Under the pieces are notes generated by a model, which was not told the origin of the DNA, ran no database searches, and was given only the letters and a program-made list of their open reading frames with translations. A DNA stretch of 63,936 nt, the filler included, from an uncultured Methanosarcinales archaeon (lineage in GTDB: Archaea > Nanobdellota > Nanobdellia > Woesearchaeales > CAYXTQ01), in assembly GCA_964608065.1 (NCBI GenBank). It is 3 parts of 3 records of this genome, joined end to end, with 100 filler letters (N's around TTAATTAATTAA, not from the genome) between each part and the next. Parts side by side here need not be neighbours in the genome. Positions count along the whole stretch, not along the records: positions 1 to 28,631 come from CAZSMA010000006.1; 2 more parts are not named here. The stretch is one strand, 5' to 3'. Below are positions 8,100 to 17,696 of this stretch, one piece after another. The stretch's first letter is position 1, and each line of letters begins with the position of its first letter. The position numbers were made by a program, and so were the translations under genes.

Positions 8100-9635
8100 G
8101 TGATGATATTGACAGAAAGAGATGTAGAAGTTCATTATGATTGGGATGAAAACAATGGTATAGAAGAAGGGGCTAAAGAGAAGAAAGAAAACCCTAAAGA
8201 AGAGAAGCCTAAAGAAGAAGTAAAGGAAGTAAAAAAAGAAAGCAGTAAACCTAAAGAGAGAAAAATAACCAAAAAAGAAAAGAAAAAAACAAAAAAAGAA
8301 AAGAAAAACAAAAATAAGATATTCTTTATTCTTACATCAATTATTATTTTAATAGCAATAGTATTAATTGTTGTTAATATAGGCAAAGGGCCATCAGAAG
8401 AAGTTAAAACTACAAACATTGCAGCATTAGTGGATGGAGAGACAATAACTTTAGATGATCTTAATACACAATATAATAAAATTAGTCCTCAAGAGAAAGA
8501 TGTTATTTCAAAGGAATTTTTATTAAGCGTCTTAATAGATAATAAATTATTATTACAAAAAGCAGACGAAAAAGGTGTATTTATAACTGATGAAGAAATA
8601 GAATCTGAAATTAGCAGAATTAAGGCTCAATTTCCATCTGAAGAATCATTTAACCAATTTCTTGAAAGTCAGGCAATGACATTACAAACACTTAAGGAAA
8701 TAACAATAGAACAATTAAAGATAAAGAAAGTTTTATCACAGGAGGCTTTTGCAAAGATTACTGTAACAGATTCTGAAGCAGAAGCATATTATAAAGAAAA
8801 TACTGACCAGTTTATAGGAAAAGAAGGTGAAATAAGAGCTGCGCATATACTTTTGAATACTGCAGAAGACGCTGAGGAAGTTCTTAAGAAAATCGAAGCT
8901 GGTGAAGATTTCAGTATATTAGCTAAGGAAAACTCAATAGGACCTTCTGCTCCAAATGGGGGAGAATTAGGATTTTTTGGAAAATTAGTTATGGTTAAAG
9001 AATTTGAAGATGCAGCATTTGCTTTAGCTGAAGGAGAAGTATCAGGAGTAGTGCAAACACAGTTCGGTTATCATATAATAAAGAGAAATGCAGATACAAT
9101 ACCTTTAGAGGATGTTAAGTCACAAATTAAACAATCATTAATGTTTTCAAAACAAAGAGCAGTATATCAAACATATATGGGCCAATTAAGAGCTCAGGCT
9201 GATATAAAAGTTTATTATGGTGTTAGTGAAGTTCCTGAAGAATTAGAAATTCCAGTTAAAGAAACATTTGAGCAAACAACAGATGAACTTTGTGAAGAAG
9301 ATGGAAAACCAATTATAAGATTGTTTTCTACTACAAATTGTCCAAATTGCAATTGGATTAAGGAAACTTTTGATTCTGCTGTTAAAGAGTATGCAGATAA
9401 TGATTTAATTGTAGCTAAACACTGGCAGCTTGATTCAGGAGATAATACTTTAACTACAGATGTTGAAACTAAGATTCCAAAAGAAGAAGTAGAACTTTTT
9501 AAGAAATACAATCCAGGTTCTACTGTCCCCACATTTGTATTTGGTTGCAAATATTACAGGATAGGAAACGGATATGATGATTTGGAATTAGAGAAAAAGG
9601 AAATAAAAAATAAAATAGATAACTTACTTTCATAA
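8100..9635 (+). CDS. Membrane-anchored SurA/PrsA-like parvulin PPIase with C-terminal thioredoxin-like domain
   Basis: TM helix, SurA-N-like region, AAHIL..GGELGFF..FGYHII parvulin, CPNC and VPTFVF Trx fold. Confidence 0.85.
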   Translation: MMILTERDVEVHYDWDENNGIEEGAKEKKENPKEEKPKEEVKEVKKESSKPKERKITKKEKKKTKKEKKNKNKIFFILTSIIILIAIVLIVVNIGKGPSEEVKTTNIAALVDGETITLDDLNTQYNKISPQEKDVISKEFLLSVLIDNKLLLQKADEKGVFITDEEIESEISRIKAQFPSEESFNQFLESQAMTLQTLKEITIEQLKIKKVLSQEAFAKITVTDSEAEAYYKENTDQFIGKEGEIRAAHILLNTAEDAEEVLKKIEAGEDFSILAKENSIGPSAPNGGELGFFGKLVMVKEFEDAAFALAEGEVSGVVQTQFGYHIIKRNADTIPLEDVKSQIKQSLMFSKQRAVYQTYMGQLRAQADIKVYYGVSEVPEELEIPVKETFEQTTDELCEEDGKPIIRLFSTTNCPNCNWIKETFDSAVKEYADNDLIVAKHWQLDSGDNTLTTDVETKIPKEEVELFKKYNPGSTVPTFVFGCKYYRIGNGYDDLELEKKEIKNKIDNLLS

Positions 9636-10859
9636 GTCATCCATTGTAAATATTCCTATTTTTGTTTCTTGTGCTTTTACTTTAGAGTCCATTGCAACTA
9701 CATATTTGATATTTATCTTCTCTGCTGTCAGGATTAGATTACGGTCAATGACTCCATCAAAAACTATAGCATAGACACCAGAACTTAGGCTTTTTATTGT
9801 TGTTGCTAATTCTGTTATTGGTACTTTTCCTAGCATATTTAACTTTTCATTAAGTATATAAGCTCCGCGAGTACCAATCAGTTCTTCAAGCATTCCCTTG
9901 AATGTGTTTTTTTCATTAGCAGATAACTGTACTTTTTTTTGATATCCTATTGGTTGTTGAGGTCTGACTGGCCTGATTGGTGGCCTGTATTCTTGTCTTC
10001 TTTCTGGAACTCGCTTTTCAGGTTCCTTGCCTAGCTCTAATTTTACTTGTTCTGTTGCAATTCTGTTTCTTAAGGCTTTATGTAGTTCTTTTTTTGTTAT
10101 TTCTTCAACTTCTTTACCTGCTGGCGCTTTTGATATATAGTCAATATCAGCAACACCTGTTAGTTCTTTGATTATCAAGTCACCGCCACGATCACCATCA
10201 ACAAAAGCTGTTATGACTTTTTTCTTGCTTAATTCAATAATTGTCTGTGGTACTGATGTTCCATTCAGTGATATTGCGTTCTTAAATCCATGTTTTAACA
10301 GATTTAAGACATCAGCTCTTCCTTCAACAACAATTATTTCATCGCTTTCATCAATTTGAGGGCCAGCTGGCAGCCTGTCTTTTCCGTAATCAGATATTTC
10401 CATGACTCTTACTGAATAAGCAACTTCATCTGCTAATTCCTGTGAGTCTGGAAGTACGTTGTCCATCATTTGTCTTAACAATTCTTTAGCTCTTTCAATG
10501 ACAAAGCTTCTCTTACTGACACGTACATCTTCTATGTCCTCTACTTTAATTTTAGCATTACAAGGGCCTATTCTTTGGATTATTTCCAAAGCTGCACCAA
10601 CTATGGCTGTTTCTGCTTTGTCTAAAGAACTTGGAATTGTTATTTTTCCTTGTGTCTTGCCTCCGCGAGTTTCACAAGTTACTTCTATTCTCCCTATTCT
10701 TCCAGATCTTTGCAGTTCTCTTAGTTCTAGATCTTCTCCAAGTAATCCTTCTGTTTGTCCGAAGATAGCTCCGATTACATCAGGTCTATCTACAACTCCT
10801 TCAATTTCTATAGTTGCATTAACTATATATTTTGATGAAACAGGACTTATTTTTCCCAT
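9630..10859 (-). CDS. dnaG: Archaeal DnaG (TOPRIM, exosome-associated primase-like protein)
   Basis: GAIFGQTEGLLG, VVEGRADV, DGDRGG. Confidence 0.95.
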   Translation of the reverse strand: MGKISPVSSKYIVNATIEIEGVVDRPDVIGAIFGQTEGLLGEDLELRELQRSGRIGRIEVTCETRGGKTQGKITIPSSLDKAETAIVGAALEIIQRIGPCNAKIKVEDIEDVRVSKRSFVIERAKELLRQMMDNVLPDSQELADEVAYSVRVMEISDYGKDRLPAGPQIDESDEIIVVEGRADVLNLLKHGFKNAISLNGTSVPQTIIELSKKKVITAFVDGDRGGDLIIKELTGVADIDYISKAPAGKEVEEITKKELHKALRNRIATEQVKLELGKEPEKRVPERRQEYRPPIRPVRPQQPIGYQKKVQLSANEKNTFKGMLEELIGTRGAYILNEKLNMLGKVPITELATTIKSLSSGVYAIVFDGVIDRNLILTAEKINIKYVVAMDSKVKAQETKIGIFTMDDL

Positions 10860-11139
10860 TTTTATTTCCTCCGGTTTAGAAGAAGCACTAAAATCTTTAT
10901 TTATCTATATTAACCATATATTCTGTGAATGATATGATAAACGTGATTTTAATACCCCTAATTTTATTACAATTATGGTTTTTAACAGAACAATCTTTAC
11001 TTTTTGTACTTAATTTAAGGCCAAATAAGTCTTATTTCCCTTTATTCTCACTTAATTGGTCTTCTTCTTTAAAATAAAAAATGAATAATGATTTTTAAGT
11101 AAAAAATTGTTCTATTTTACCCCAAATTTACTTTGTAAG

Positions 11140-11226
11140 CATGATTGTAGCCCGAGACACTAACTCCCAATGTCCTAGCTTGCATTTAGCGACAGCTTAA
11201 TTGGGTACTCTCGTGTCGGGCAGGTA
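11140..11226 (-). ncRNA. Candidate structured small RNA upstream of dnaG
   Basis: GC-rich island folding GCCCGA/UCGGGC, CCCAA/UUGGG, UGUC/GACA; ACA just 3' of the hairpin; TATA TTTAAATA at about 11246-11253 on minus. Confidence 0.5.
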
Positions 11227-11349
11227 TTTTGAAAAATATACTAACTATTTAAAGGTATGGTTTCAGTTTTTTGAATTATTTATTTTCTATATAGAAAATA
11301 ATTAAAATCCAGGTAATATTTTTAAACTAATGCTATTTTGTTTATTTTT

Positions 11350-12057
11350 ATGGCTAAGGTTACAAAAGAAAAGTTTAAGACAAGACATAGTGTATTTGAT
11401 GATTTTACAAACAGGACTATATTCAAATTGATTTCTCAGGGCCATTTTGAAGGGCTGCAGAGCCCTATTTCTGTAGGTAAAGAAAGCAATGTATTTTCAG
11501 CTTTAACAAAAGATGGAAAAAAGGTTATAATCAAGATTTACAGATTAGAGACATCTGATTTTAACAGGATGTATAGTTATATAAGAGATGATCCTAGATT
11601 TGTTAATTTAAGTAATAGAAAGAGAGATGTAATATTTACATGGTGTCAGAGAGAATACAGAAATCTATTAAGAGCAAGAGAAGCAAATGTTAATGCACCA
11701 TTGCCAATAGTATTTTTGAATAATGTTCTGGTTATGGAATTTATTGGAGATGAAGAAGCAGCGCTAAAACTAAAAGATAATATTCCAGATGAAATAAAAA
11801 AGTATTTTGATATGCTAATAGATAATATAAGAAAACTATATAAATCAGGGTTTGTTCATGCGGATTTGTCTCAATTTAATATTTTAAATCATAAAGAAGA
11901 GCCTGTGATTATAGACTGGTCTCATTGCACCCCTTTGAAAGGTCCAAATTCAAAAGAGCTGTTAGAAAGAGATATAAAGAATGTCTGTAATTTTTTTAGA
12001 AAGCATGGATTAAATATCAATGAAGAAAAAATTTTAGCAAAGGTTACTAAGAAATGA
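11350..12057 (+). CDS. rio1: RIO1 serine/threonine kinase
   Basis: GKESNVF, IKIYR, LVMEFIG, HADLSQFNIL, IIDW. Confidence 0.93.
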   Translation: MAKVTKEKFKTRHSVFDDFTNRTIFKLISQGHFEGLQSPISVGKESNVFSALTKDGKKVIIKIYRLETSDFNRMYSYIRDDPRFVNLSNRKRDVIFTWCQREYRNLLRAREANVNAPLPIVFLNNVLVMEFIGDEEAALKLKDNIPDEIKKYFDMLIDNIRKLYKSGFVHADLSQFNILNHKEEPVIIDWSHCTPLKGPNSKELLERDIKNVCNFFRKHGLNINEEKILAKVTKK

Positions 12058-12614
12058 AAGATAAAGAAATGCAATACACACATGAAATTAGAATTCCTAA
12101 AGAAAGGGTTGCTGTTCTAATAGGAAAAAAAGGAGAAATAAAAAAAACAATAGAGGAAGCTACAAAAACAAAAATAGAAATTGACAGCAAGGAAGGAGAT
12201 GTTTTTATAAGTTCAGAAGATGCATTGAGTGTTTATAATACAAGGGAGCTTGTTACAGCTATAGGAAGAGGATTTAACCCAGAGATTGCGCTTTTACTTT
12301 TGAAAGTAGATTATATGTTTGAATTAATCAATCTTAATGATTATATTAAAGGCAAGAACGATCTAACAAGAATTAAAGGAAGGGTTATTGGTTCAGAAGG
12401 CAAGTGCAGGGCTTTGATAGAAAAATTGGCAGAATGCTATATTTCTGTTTATGGAAAAACTATAGGGATAATTGGGGAGGTTAACAACACTTCAATAGCA
12501 AGAAGAGCAATAGAAAATTTGTTAAGAGGAAGTCCTCATGGAAATGTTTATAAATGGCTGGAAAAGCAAAGAAGGGAAATGAAAAGAAAAGAGTTAATCG
12601 GAGATGTTGAATAA
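12054..12614 (+). CDS. KH-domain rRNA processing protein (Dim2/Pno1)
   Basis: IPKERVAVLIG, AIGRGF, KGRVIG, GSPHGNVY. Confidence 0.9.
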   Translation: MKDKEMQYTHEIRIPKERVAVLIGKKGEIKKTIEEATKTKIEIDSKEGDVFISSEDALSVYNTRELVTAIGRGFNPEIALLLLKVDYMFELINLNDYIKGKNDLTRIKGRVIGSEGKCRALIEKLAECYISVYGKTIGIIGEVNNTSIARRAIENLLRGSPHGNVYKWLEKQRREMKRKELIGDVE

Positions 12615-14289
12615 AGGGGGGATAGAAATGACAAAAGAGGAAATACCTATTGCATTTGAGTTAGCAAAAAAACAAAGAGAGATTGGAGTTGCAGAGTTCT
12701 TCGCAAGGAATAGACATTTATTAGGTTTTGACAACAAGAAGAAGGCGTTGATGACTACAATAAAAGAGGCAGTAGATAATAGTTTAGATGCTTGTGAGGA
12801 AGGCAATGTCTTACCAGAAATTTTTGTTGAGGTTGTTGATCTAGGAAACGACAGATTTAAGGTTATAGTTGAAGACAATGGTCCTGGAATTGTAAAAAAA
12901 CAAATTCCACCAATATTTGCAAGTTTGTTGTATGGTTCTAAGTTTTTTAAATTAAGTCAGAGTAGAGGACAGCAAGGTATTGGAATTAGTGCTTCTGTTC
13001 TTTATGGCCAGCTGACAACCGGAAAACCAGCTAAAATTACTTCAAGAATAAGTGCAAAACAACAATCACATTATTATGAGTTAAAAATTGATACACAAAA
13101 AAATAAACCAGAGATTATAAAAGAAGAGATTGTGGAGTGGAAAAAAGACCATGGGACTAAAATAGAGATAGAGTTAGATGGAAGCTATCAGGCTGGTTCA
13201 CAATCTATTGATCAATATCTGAAGCAAACAGCAATTGTTAATCCACATGTAACTCTCATTTATACAAATCCAAAAGCAGAGCAGCTTATATTTGCAAGAG
13301 CAACTGATAAATTACCAAAAAAACCTATTGAAATAAAGCCGCATCCGTATGGTGTTGAGTTAGGTGTTCTGATGAATATGATTAAGATGACAGAGACAAG
13401 GACATTGCAGGCATTTTTAACACAGGAGTTTTCCAGGGTTGGAAGTGGAACAGCAAAACAGATTTGTGAGAATGCTGCGTTATTGCCTAATACTAAGCCA
13501 AGACAAGTTTCTAGGGAGATGGCTGAGAAATTATTAGAAGGGATAAATAAGACTAAAATTATTTCTCCACCAACAGATTGTATAAGTCCAATTGGTTCTG
13601 ATTTATTAGAGAAAGGTCTTCGTAAGGAGATTAATGCAGAGTTTTATTGTTCAACTACAAGGCCTCCATCAGTTTATAGGGGCAATCCTTTTGTTATTGA
13701 AGCTGGAATTGCTTATGGTGGTGAACAAGGTGCTGATAATACAGTAAGGTTATTGAGGTTTGCTAATAGGGTGCCATTACTTTATCAACAAGGTTCTTGT
13801 GCTGTTACAAAATCAGTGATTAATACAATATGGAGAAATTATGGTATGAGCCAGAGCAGAGGTGCATTGCCTGTTGGTCCTGTTACTATATTACTTCATA
13901 TTGCTTCTGTGTGGGTTCCTTTTACATCTGAAAGCAAGGAAGCTATAGCTCATTATCCTGAGATAATCAAGGAGATCAAATTAGCATTACAGGAATGTGG
14001 TAGGAAGTTAGGATCTTATATTCATAAGAAAAAGAGGGTTCTTGGTGAGCAGAAAAAAAGAAGCTATATTGAAACTTATATCCCTCATGTTGCAGGTGCG
14101 CTTAAAGAGCTTTTAAGTTTTAATGATTTGCAGGAGAATAAGGTTAAGAAACTACTAGCTGAACTTTTAGAGAAACATAGAGGGGAGTTGACTAAAATAG
14201 AGGCAGATAACCCTGATTATGATGAAGAATTTGCAGCAATAGGTAAAGAGAAAAAAGAGAACACAGAAGAAGAGGTGAAGGAACAATGA
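12604..14289 (+). CDS. top6B: DNA topoisomerase VI subunit B
   Basis: KEAVDNSLDA, EDNGPGI, SRGQQGIGIS, RFANRVPL; likely start 12628. Confidence 0.97.
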   Translation: MLNKGGIEMTKEEIPIAFELAKKQREIGVAEFFARNRHLLGFDNKKKALMTTIKEAVDNSLDACEEGNVLPEIFVEVVDLGNDRFKVIVEDNGPGIVKKQIPPIFASLLYGSKFFKLSQSRGQQGIGISASVLYGQLTTGKPAKITSRISAKQQSHYYELKIDTQKNKPEIIKEEIVEWKKDHGTKIEIELDGSYQAGSQSIDQYLKQTAIVNPHVTLIYTNPKAEQLIFARATDKLPKKPIEIKPHPYGVELGVLMNMIKMTETRTLQAFLTQEFSRVGSGTAKQICENAALLPNTKPRQVSREMAEKLLEGINKTKIISPPTDCISPIGSDLLEKGLRKEINAEFYCSTTRPPSVYRGNPFVIEAGIAYGGEQGADNTVRLLRFANRVPLLYQQGSCAVTKSVINTIWRNYGMSQSRGALPVGPVTILLHIASVWVPFTSESKEAIAHYPEIIKEIKLALQECGRKLGSYIHKKKRVLGEQKKRSYIETYIPHVAGALKELLSFNDLQENKVKKLLAELLEKHRGELTKIEADNPDYDEEFAAIGKEKKENTEEEVKEQ

Positions 14290-15368
14290 GCAAAGCATTA
14301 AAAAGAATAAAAGAGATTTCAGAGGATGTTTACAATAAGATACTTAAGAAGAAACAACCTAATTTAGATTCTCCTCTTAGGTCATTGAGCAATGTCAAAT
14401 ATGATTCTAAGGATGGTTATTTTGAGTTGTTAGGAAAGATGAAGTCAAGGACTTTAACTGCAAGTTCTGTCAAGACATTTGCACAGACATTGAAGATGAT
14501 GTCATTAAGCAAAGAATTGATTGAGAAGGATGATATTGCAACAAAAAGAGAAGCATACTATGTCAGCAAGAACTGGAAGGAAGCAATGTTTAATATGCAG
14601 CAGGAGTCAGACACTATAATGGATGATGTTGAAGCTACTATGATGGTTAACAGGGAGCAATTAGGATTTATACCTGAAGAAAAAGGGGGAGAAATCGCAG
14701 GAAAACTTATTGTTGTTGATAGAGACCCTGAGACAAAAAAACCGATAAATATAGACTGCACTAAGTTTGGCAGTGGAGCTTATTCAATCCCAATTTCTGT
14801 AGAGCATCTGAAGTTTGAGACAAATGCTAAATTTATTTTAGCAATAGAAACAGCAGGTATGTTTCAAAGACTGGTTAAACATAAATATTGGAAAAATGCA
14901 AATTGTATTTTGGTTTCAATGGGAGGAGTTCCTACAAGAGCTTGCAGAAGGTTTATCAGAAGATTAAGTGAAGCTAAGAATCTGCCTGTTTATGCATTTG
15001 TGGATAATGATCCTTATGGTATAGGAAATATTTATCGAACCCTTAAAGTGGGATCAGGAAATGCTGCACATATCAATAAGTTTTTTTGTGTACCAAACGC
15101 AAAATACCTAGGTGTTACTCCCCAGGATGTGATCGATTATAAATTACCAACACACCCTTTGAAGGAAGTTGATATTAAAAAAATAAAAGATCTTCTAAAG
15201 AACGACCCATTCATACAGCATCATAAAGAGTGGCAAAAAGCATTAAATTTGATGTACAAGATGAAGGTGCGTTCAGAACAACAGAGTCTAGCTGCTTGGG
15301 GACTTAACTATGTAATGGAGAAATATCTTCCTCAAAAACTTAAGAATCCTAAATCCTGGTTACCTTAA
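14286..15368 (+). CDS. top6A: DNA topoisomerase VI subunit A
   Basis: ATKREAYY catalytic Tyr, AIETAGMF, DNDPYG TOPRIM. Confidence 0.96.
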   Translation: MSKALKRIKEISEDVYNKILKKKQPNLDSPLRSLSNVKYDSKDGYFELLGKMKSRTLTASSVKTFAQTLKMMSLSKELIEKDDIATKREAYYVSKNWKEAMFNMQQESDTIMDDVEATMMVNREQLGFIPEEKGGEIAGKLIVVDRDPETKKPINIDCTKFGSGAYSIPISVEHLKFETNAKFILAIETAGMFQRLVKHKYWKNANCILVSMGGVPTRACRRFIRRLSEAKNLPVYAFVDNDPYGIGNIYRTLKVGSGNAAHINKFFCVPNAKYLGVTPQDVIDYKLPTHPLKEVDIKKIKDLLKNDPFIQHHKEWQKALNLMYKMKVRSEQQSLAAWGLNYVMEKYLPQKLKNPKSWLP

Positions 15369-15773
15369 TTTCTTAACAATCCAATAATCATTTAATTGCA
15401 GAACTAGAGTAACTAATACTGCAGTTATTACGACAATAGCATAATATCCATAGCTGATTCCCACTCCAATTGCAGCAACAACCCATATTCCTGCTGCTGT
15501 TGTCAATCCTCTTACTTTTTCTTTTGATATTATTATTGTTCCAGCACCTAAAAATCCAATGCCTGTTATAATTCCCTGGACTATTCTTGCTGTTGAATCT
15601 GTAATTCCATAAGCCATTACTGATATGTATGTGAATAGCATTGCTCCAACACAGACTAAGATATGGGTTCTTAATCCAGCTTGTTTTCTGTCTTTTTCTC
15701 TTTCAAGACCTATTAATCCTCCAAGAAGTATTGCCAGAACAATGTTTATTGTAAATGCAAGATAGTCTGTCAT
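15360..15773 (-). CDS. MgtC/SapB family membrane protein
   Basis: IGLERE, AGLRTH, GIGFLGAG, GLTTAA. Confidence 0.92.
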   Translation of the reverse strand: MTDYLAFTINIVLAILLGGLIGLEREKDRKQAGLRTHILVCVGAMLFTYISVMAYGITDSTARIVQGIITGIGFLGAGTIIISKEKVRGLTTAAGIWVVAAIGVGISYGYYAIVVITAVLVTLVLQLNDYWIVKKLR

Positions 15774-15874
15774 ATATGGTTTTTAAAGTTACTATATATT
15801 TAAAGTTTTTGTATTACTTTAGGATATTAAAATAGTAAAATATTTATATCTGTGAAACATAGTTATTGTAAAAA

Positions 15875-16006
15875 ATGGCAGAACCATCTGAATGTTGTAA
15901 AGAATGTGTAAAATTTGATAAGTTTGGTAAGAATTGCTGGGTATACTGGGATCTAAAGAAACAGTGTACTTTGCATGCTAAAGAATGGGACGAAGTTAAT
16001 TTTTAA
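15875..16006 (+). CDS. Small Cys-rich protein (43 aa, MAEPSECCKECVKFDKFGKNCWVYWDLKKQCTLH...)
   Basis: Leaderless-type ATG about 25 nt after TATA TTTATAT; CCxxC...C...CxxH metal-binding pattern. Confidence 0.65.
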   Translation: MAEPSECCKECVKFDKFGKNCWVYWDLKKQCTLHAKEWDEVNF

Positions 16007-16044
16007 CAAGATTTATAAATAAAATACTAATTCTTAGATGTTAA

Positions 16045-16232
16045 GGCCCGATAGCCTAGTCTGGCGATTGGTTACATTTTGTAATCAGTTGGATAAATAA
16101 GGCACTAGCCTTCTATTCCAAAAGCGGAGCTTTTGTAATCATTCAAACGCTTCGCATTTGAAGTAAGCTAGGGATCGAGGGTTCGAACGACTGGTTATAC
16201 AACTAATCAGTACGAAAGTCCCTCTCGGGCCA
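16045..16232 (+). tRNA. tRNA-Arg(UCU) with three introns (16065-16096 at 19/20; 16116-16165 at 37/38; 16188-16218 at 59/60)
   Basis: Acceptor GGCCCGA/TCGGGCC, D stem GCCT/AGGC, anticodon stem CTAGC/GCTAG, T stem GAGGG/CCCTC; BHB central helices GTCT/GGAT, CTTC/GAAG, TTCG/CGAA. Confidence 0.88.
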
Positions 16233-16235
16233 TTT

Positions 16236-16280
16236 GCAGAGGTATCGAAAATATATTACTATATTTTCGGAACCATCTGC
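16236..16280. repeat. Partial copy (hairpin 1) of the double-hairpin repeat, between two tRNAs
   Basis: GCAGAGGTATCGAAAATA-loop-TATTTTCGGAACCATCTGC. Confidence 0.7.
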
Positions 16281-16291
16281 TCACCACGTTC

Positions 16292-16402
16292 GCAGAGGTG
16301 GCCAAGCGGCTAAGGCGAGTGGCTGCAAAGCTGGGATGATGAGCTTAATGCTATGATTTCACAGATCCCACTTATTCGAGGGTTCGAGTCCCTCCCTCTG
16401 CT
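16292..16402 (+). tRNA. tRNA-Cys(GCA) with anticodon-loop intron (about 16329-16366)
   Basis: GCAGAGG/CCTCTGC acceptor, U73, AGTGG/CCACT stem, CT-GCA-A loop, GAGGGTTCGAGTCCCTC T arm. Confidence 0.88.
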
Positions 16403-16416
16403 TTTATTTATTTAAA

Positions 16417-17145
16417 ATGGAAATAAAAAGAATATTAATGAAAGAAGGAAAGAAATTCTATGTAAGAGATTTAAATAATGATTTTCATTGCCAGTTTGGT
16501 TATGTTAAAGCCAAGGATTTAAGAAAAAGAAAAGGTAAAGTTATAACTAATACAAAGAAAGAGATGCATATTTTTGAGCCTAGTTTTATAGATGTTTACA
16601 GAAAACTTAAAAGAGCACCACAGATAATAACTTTAAAGGATATTGGGATAATAGTAGCTGAGACGGGTGTTAATTCTAAGAGTAAAATAGTAGATGCAGG
16701 AGCAGGGTCAGGAGCTTTAGCTTGTTTTTTAGCTAATATTGCAAAAGAAGTTGTAAGTTATGAAATAAGAAAGGATTTTTTTAAGGTTGCTGAGCAGAAC
16801 AAGAAGATGCTTGAGCTTAATAATCTGAAATTAAAGAACAAAGATGTGTATAAAGGGATAAGTGAGAAAAATGTTGATTTGATTACTTTAGATTTACCAG
16901 AGCCATGGAAAGTAACTGAATATGCTGATAAAGCATTAAAATTTGGAGGTTTTTTGGTTTCTTATAGCCCAACCATACCTCAGGTAATGGATTTTGTCAA
17001 TAAAGTTAATAAAAATAAAAATTTTTTTTATGTCAAGACAATGGAAGTAATAAGAAGAGAATGGGATGTTAGAGAGAGGATTGTTAGGCCTAAGACTGCT
17101 ATCATTAACCATACAGGTTTTTTGACTTTTGTCAGGAAAATATGA
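16417..17145 (+). CDS. trmI: tRNA (adenine-57/58-N1)-methyltransferase
   Basis: RAPQII, DAGAGSGAL, LDLPEPW, HTGFL. Confidence 0.92.
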   Translation: MEIKRILMKEGKKFYVRDLNNDFHCQFGYVKAKDLRKRKGKVITNTKKEMHIFEPSFIDVYRKLKRAPQIITLKDIGIIVAETGVNSKSKIVDAGAGSGALACFLANIAKEVVSYEIRKDFFKVAEQNKKMLELNNLKLKNKDVYKGISEKNVDLITLDLPEPWKVTEYADKALKFGGFLVSYSPTIPQVMDFVNKVNKNKNFFYVKTMEVIRREWDVRERIVRPKTAIINHTGFLTFVRKI

Positions 17146-17696
17146 AAAATGAGATAAGAGTTATCGGAATTGATGACTCGCCTTTTAAATTTAAGAAAGG
17201 AAATACTTTAGTTATTGGGACAATTTTTAGAGGTGGAAAATTCTTAGATGGTGTTTTATCTGTTAATGTTAAAGTTGATGGAGATGATAGTACTTCTAAA
17301 TTGATTTCAATGATAAATAAATGTAAATTTAAGCCTCAGTTGCAGTGTGTGTTGTTAGATGGGATTGCTTTAGGAGGATTTAATGTTGTTGATATTCAAA
17401 GATTGAATAAGAACACCAAGATTCCTGTTATTGTTGTTATAAGAAAGAAGCCTGATATAAATAAAATAAAAACAATATTAAAAACAATCAATAAAAATAA
17501 AATAAAATTAATAGATAAAGCAGGACAAGTTTATAAGATCGGAAAGATTTATTGTCAGCTAGCTGGAATTTCTGTTCAGAAAGCTAAAGAAATTCTGAAA
17601 ATAACATGCACACATAGTTTAATACCAGAACCAATTAGAGTTAGCCATATAATTGCAGCAGGAGTTGCTTTGGGTGAGAGTAAAGGAAGGGCTTAG
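17142..17696 (+). CDS. DUF99 endonuclease V-like protein
   Basis: GIDDSPF, LDGIALGGFNVVD, IPEPIRVSH. Confidence 0.88.
   Translation: MKNEIRVIGIDDSPFKFKKGNTLVIGTIFRGGKFLDGVLSVNVKVDGDDSTSKLISMINKCKFKPQLQCVLLDGIALGGFNVVDIQRLNKNTKIPVIVVIRKKPDINKIKTILKTINKNKIKLIDKAGQVYKIGKIYCQLAGISVQKAKEILKITCTHSLIPEPIRVSHIIAAGVALGESKGRA

Noticed and set aside
11350..15368. rio1-dim2-top6B-top6A cluster as novel
   Set aside because: Well-known conserved archaeal gene neighbourhood
16329..16366. C box (ATGATGA) and CAGA inside the tRNA-Cys intron as an intron-encoded C/D guide
   Set aside because: The intron is only 38 nt, the D box is imperfect and no guide complementary to the tRNA was found
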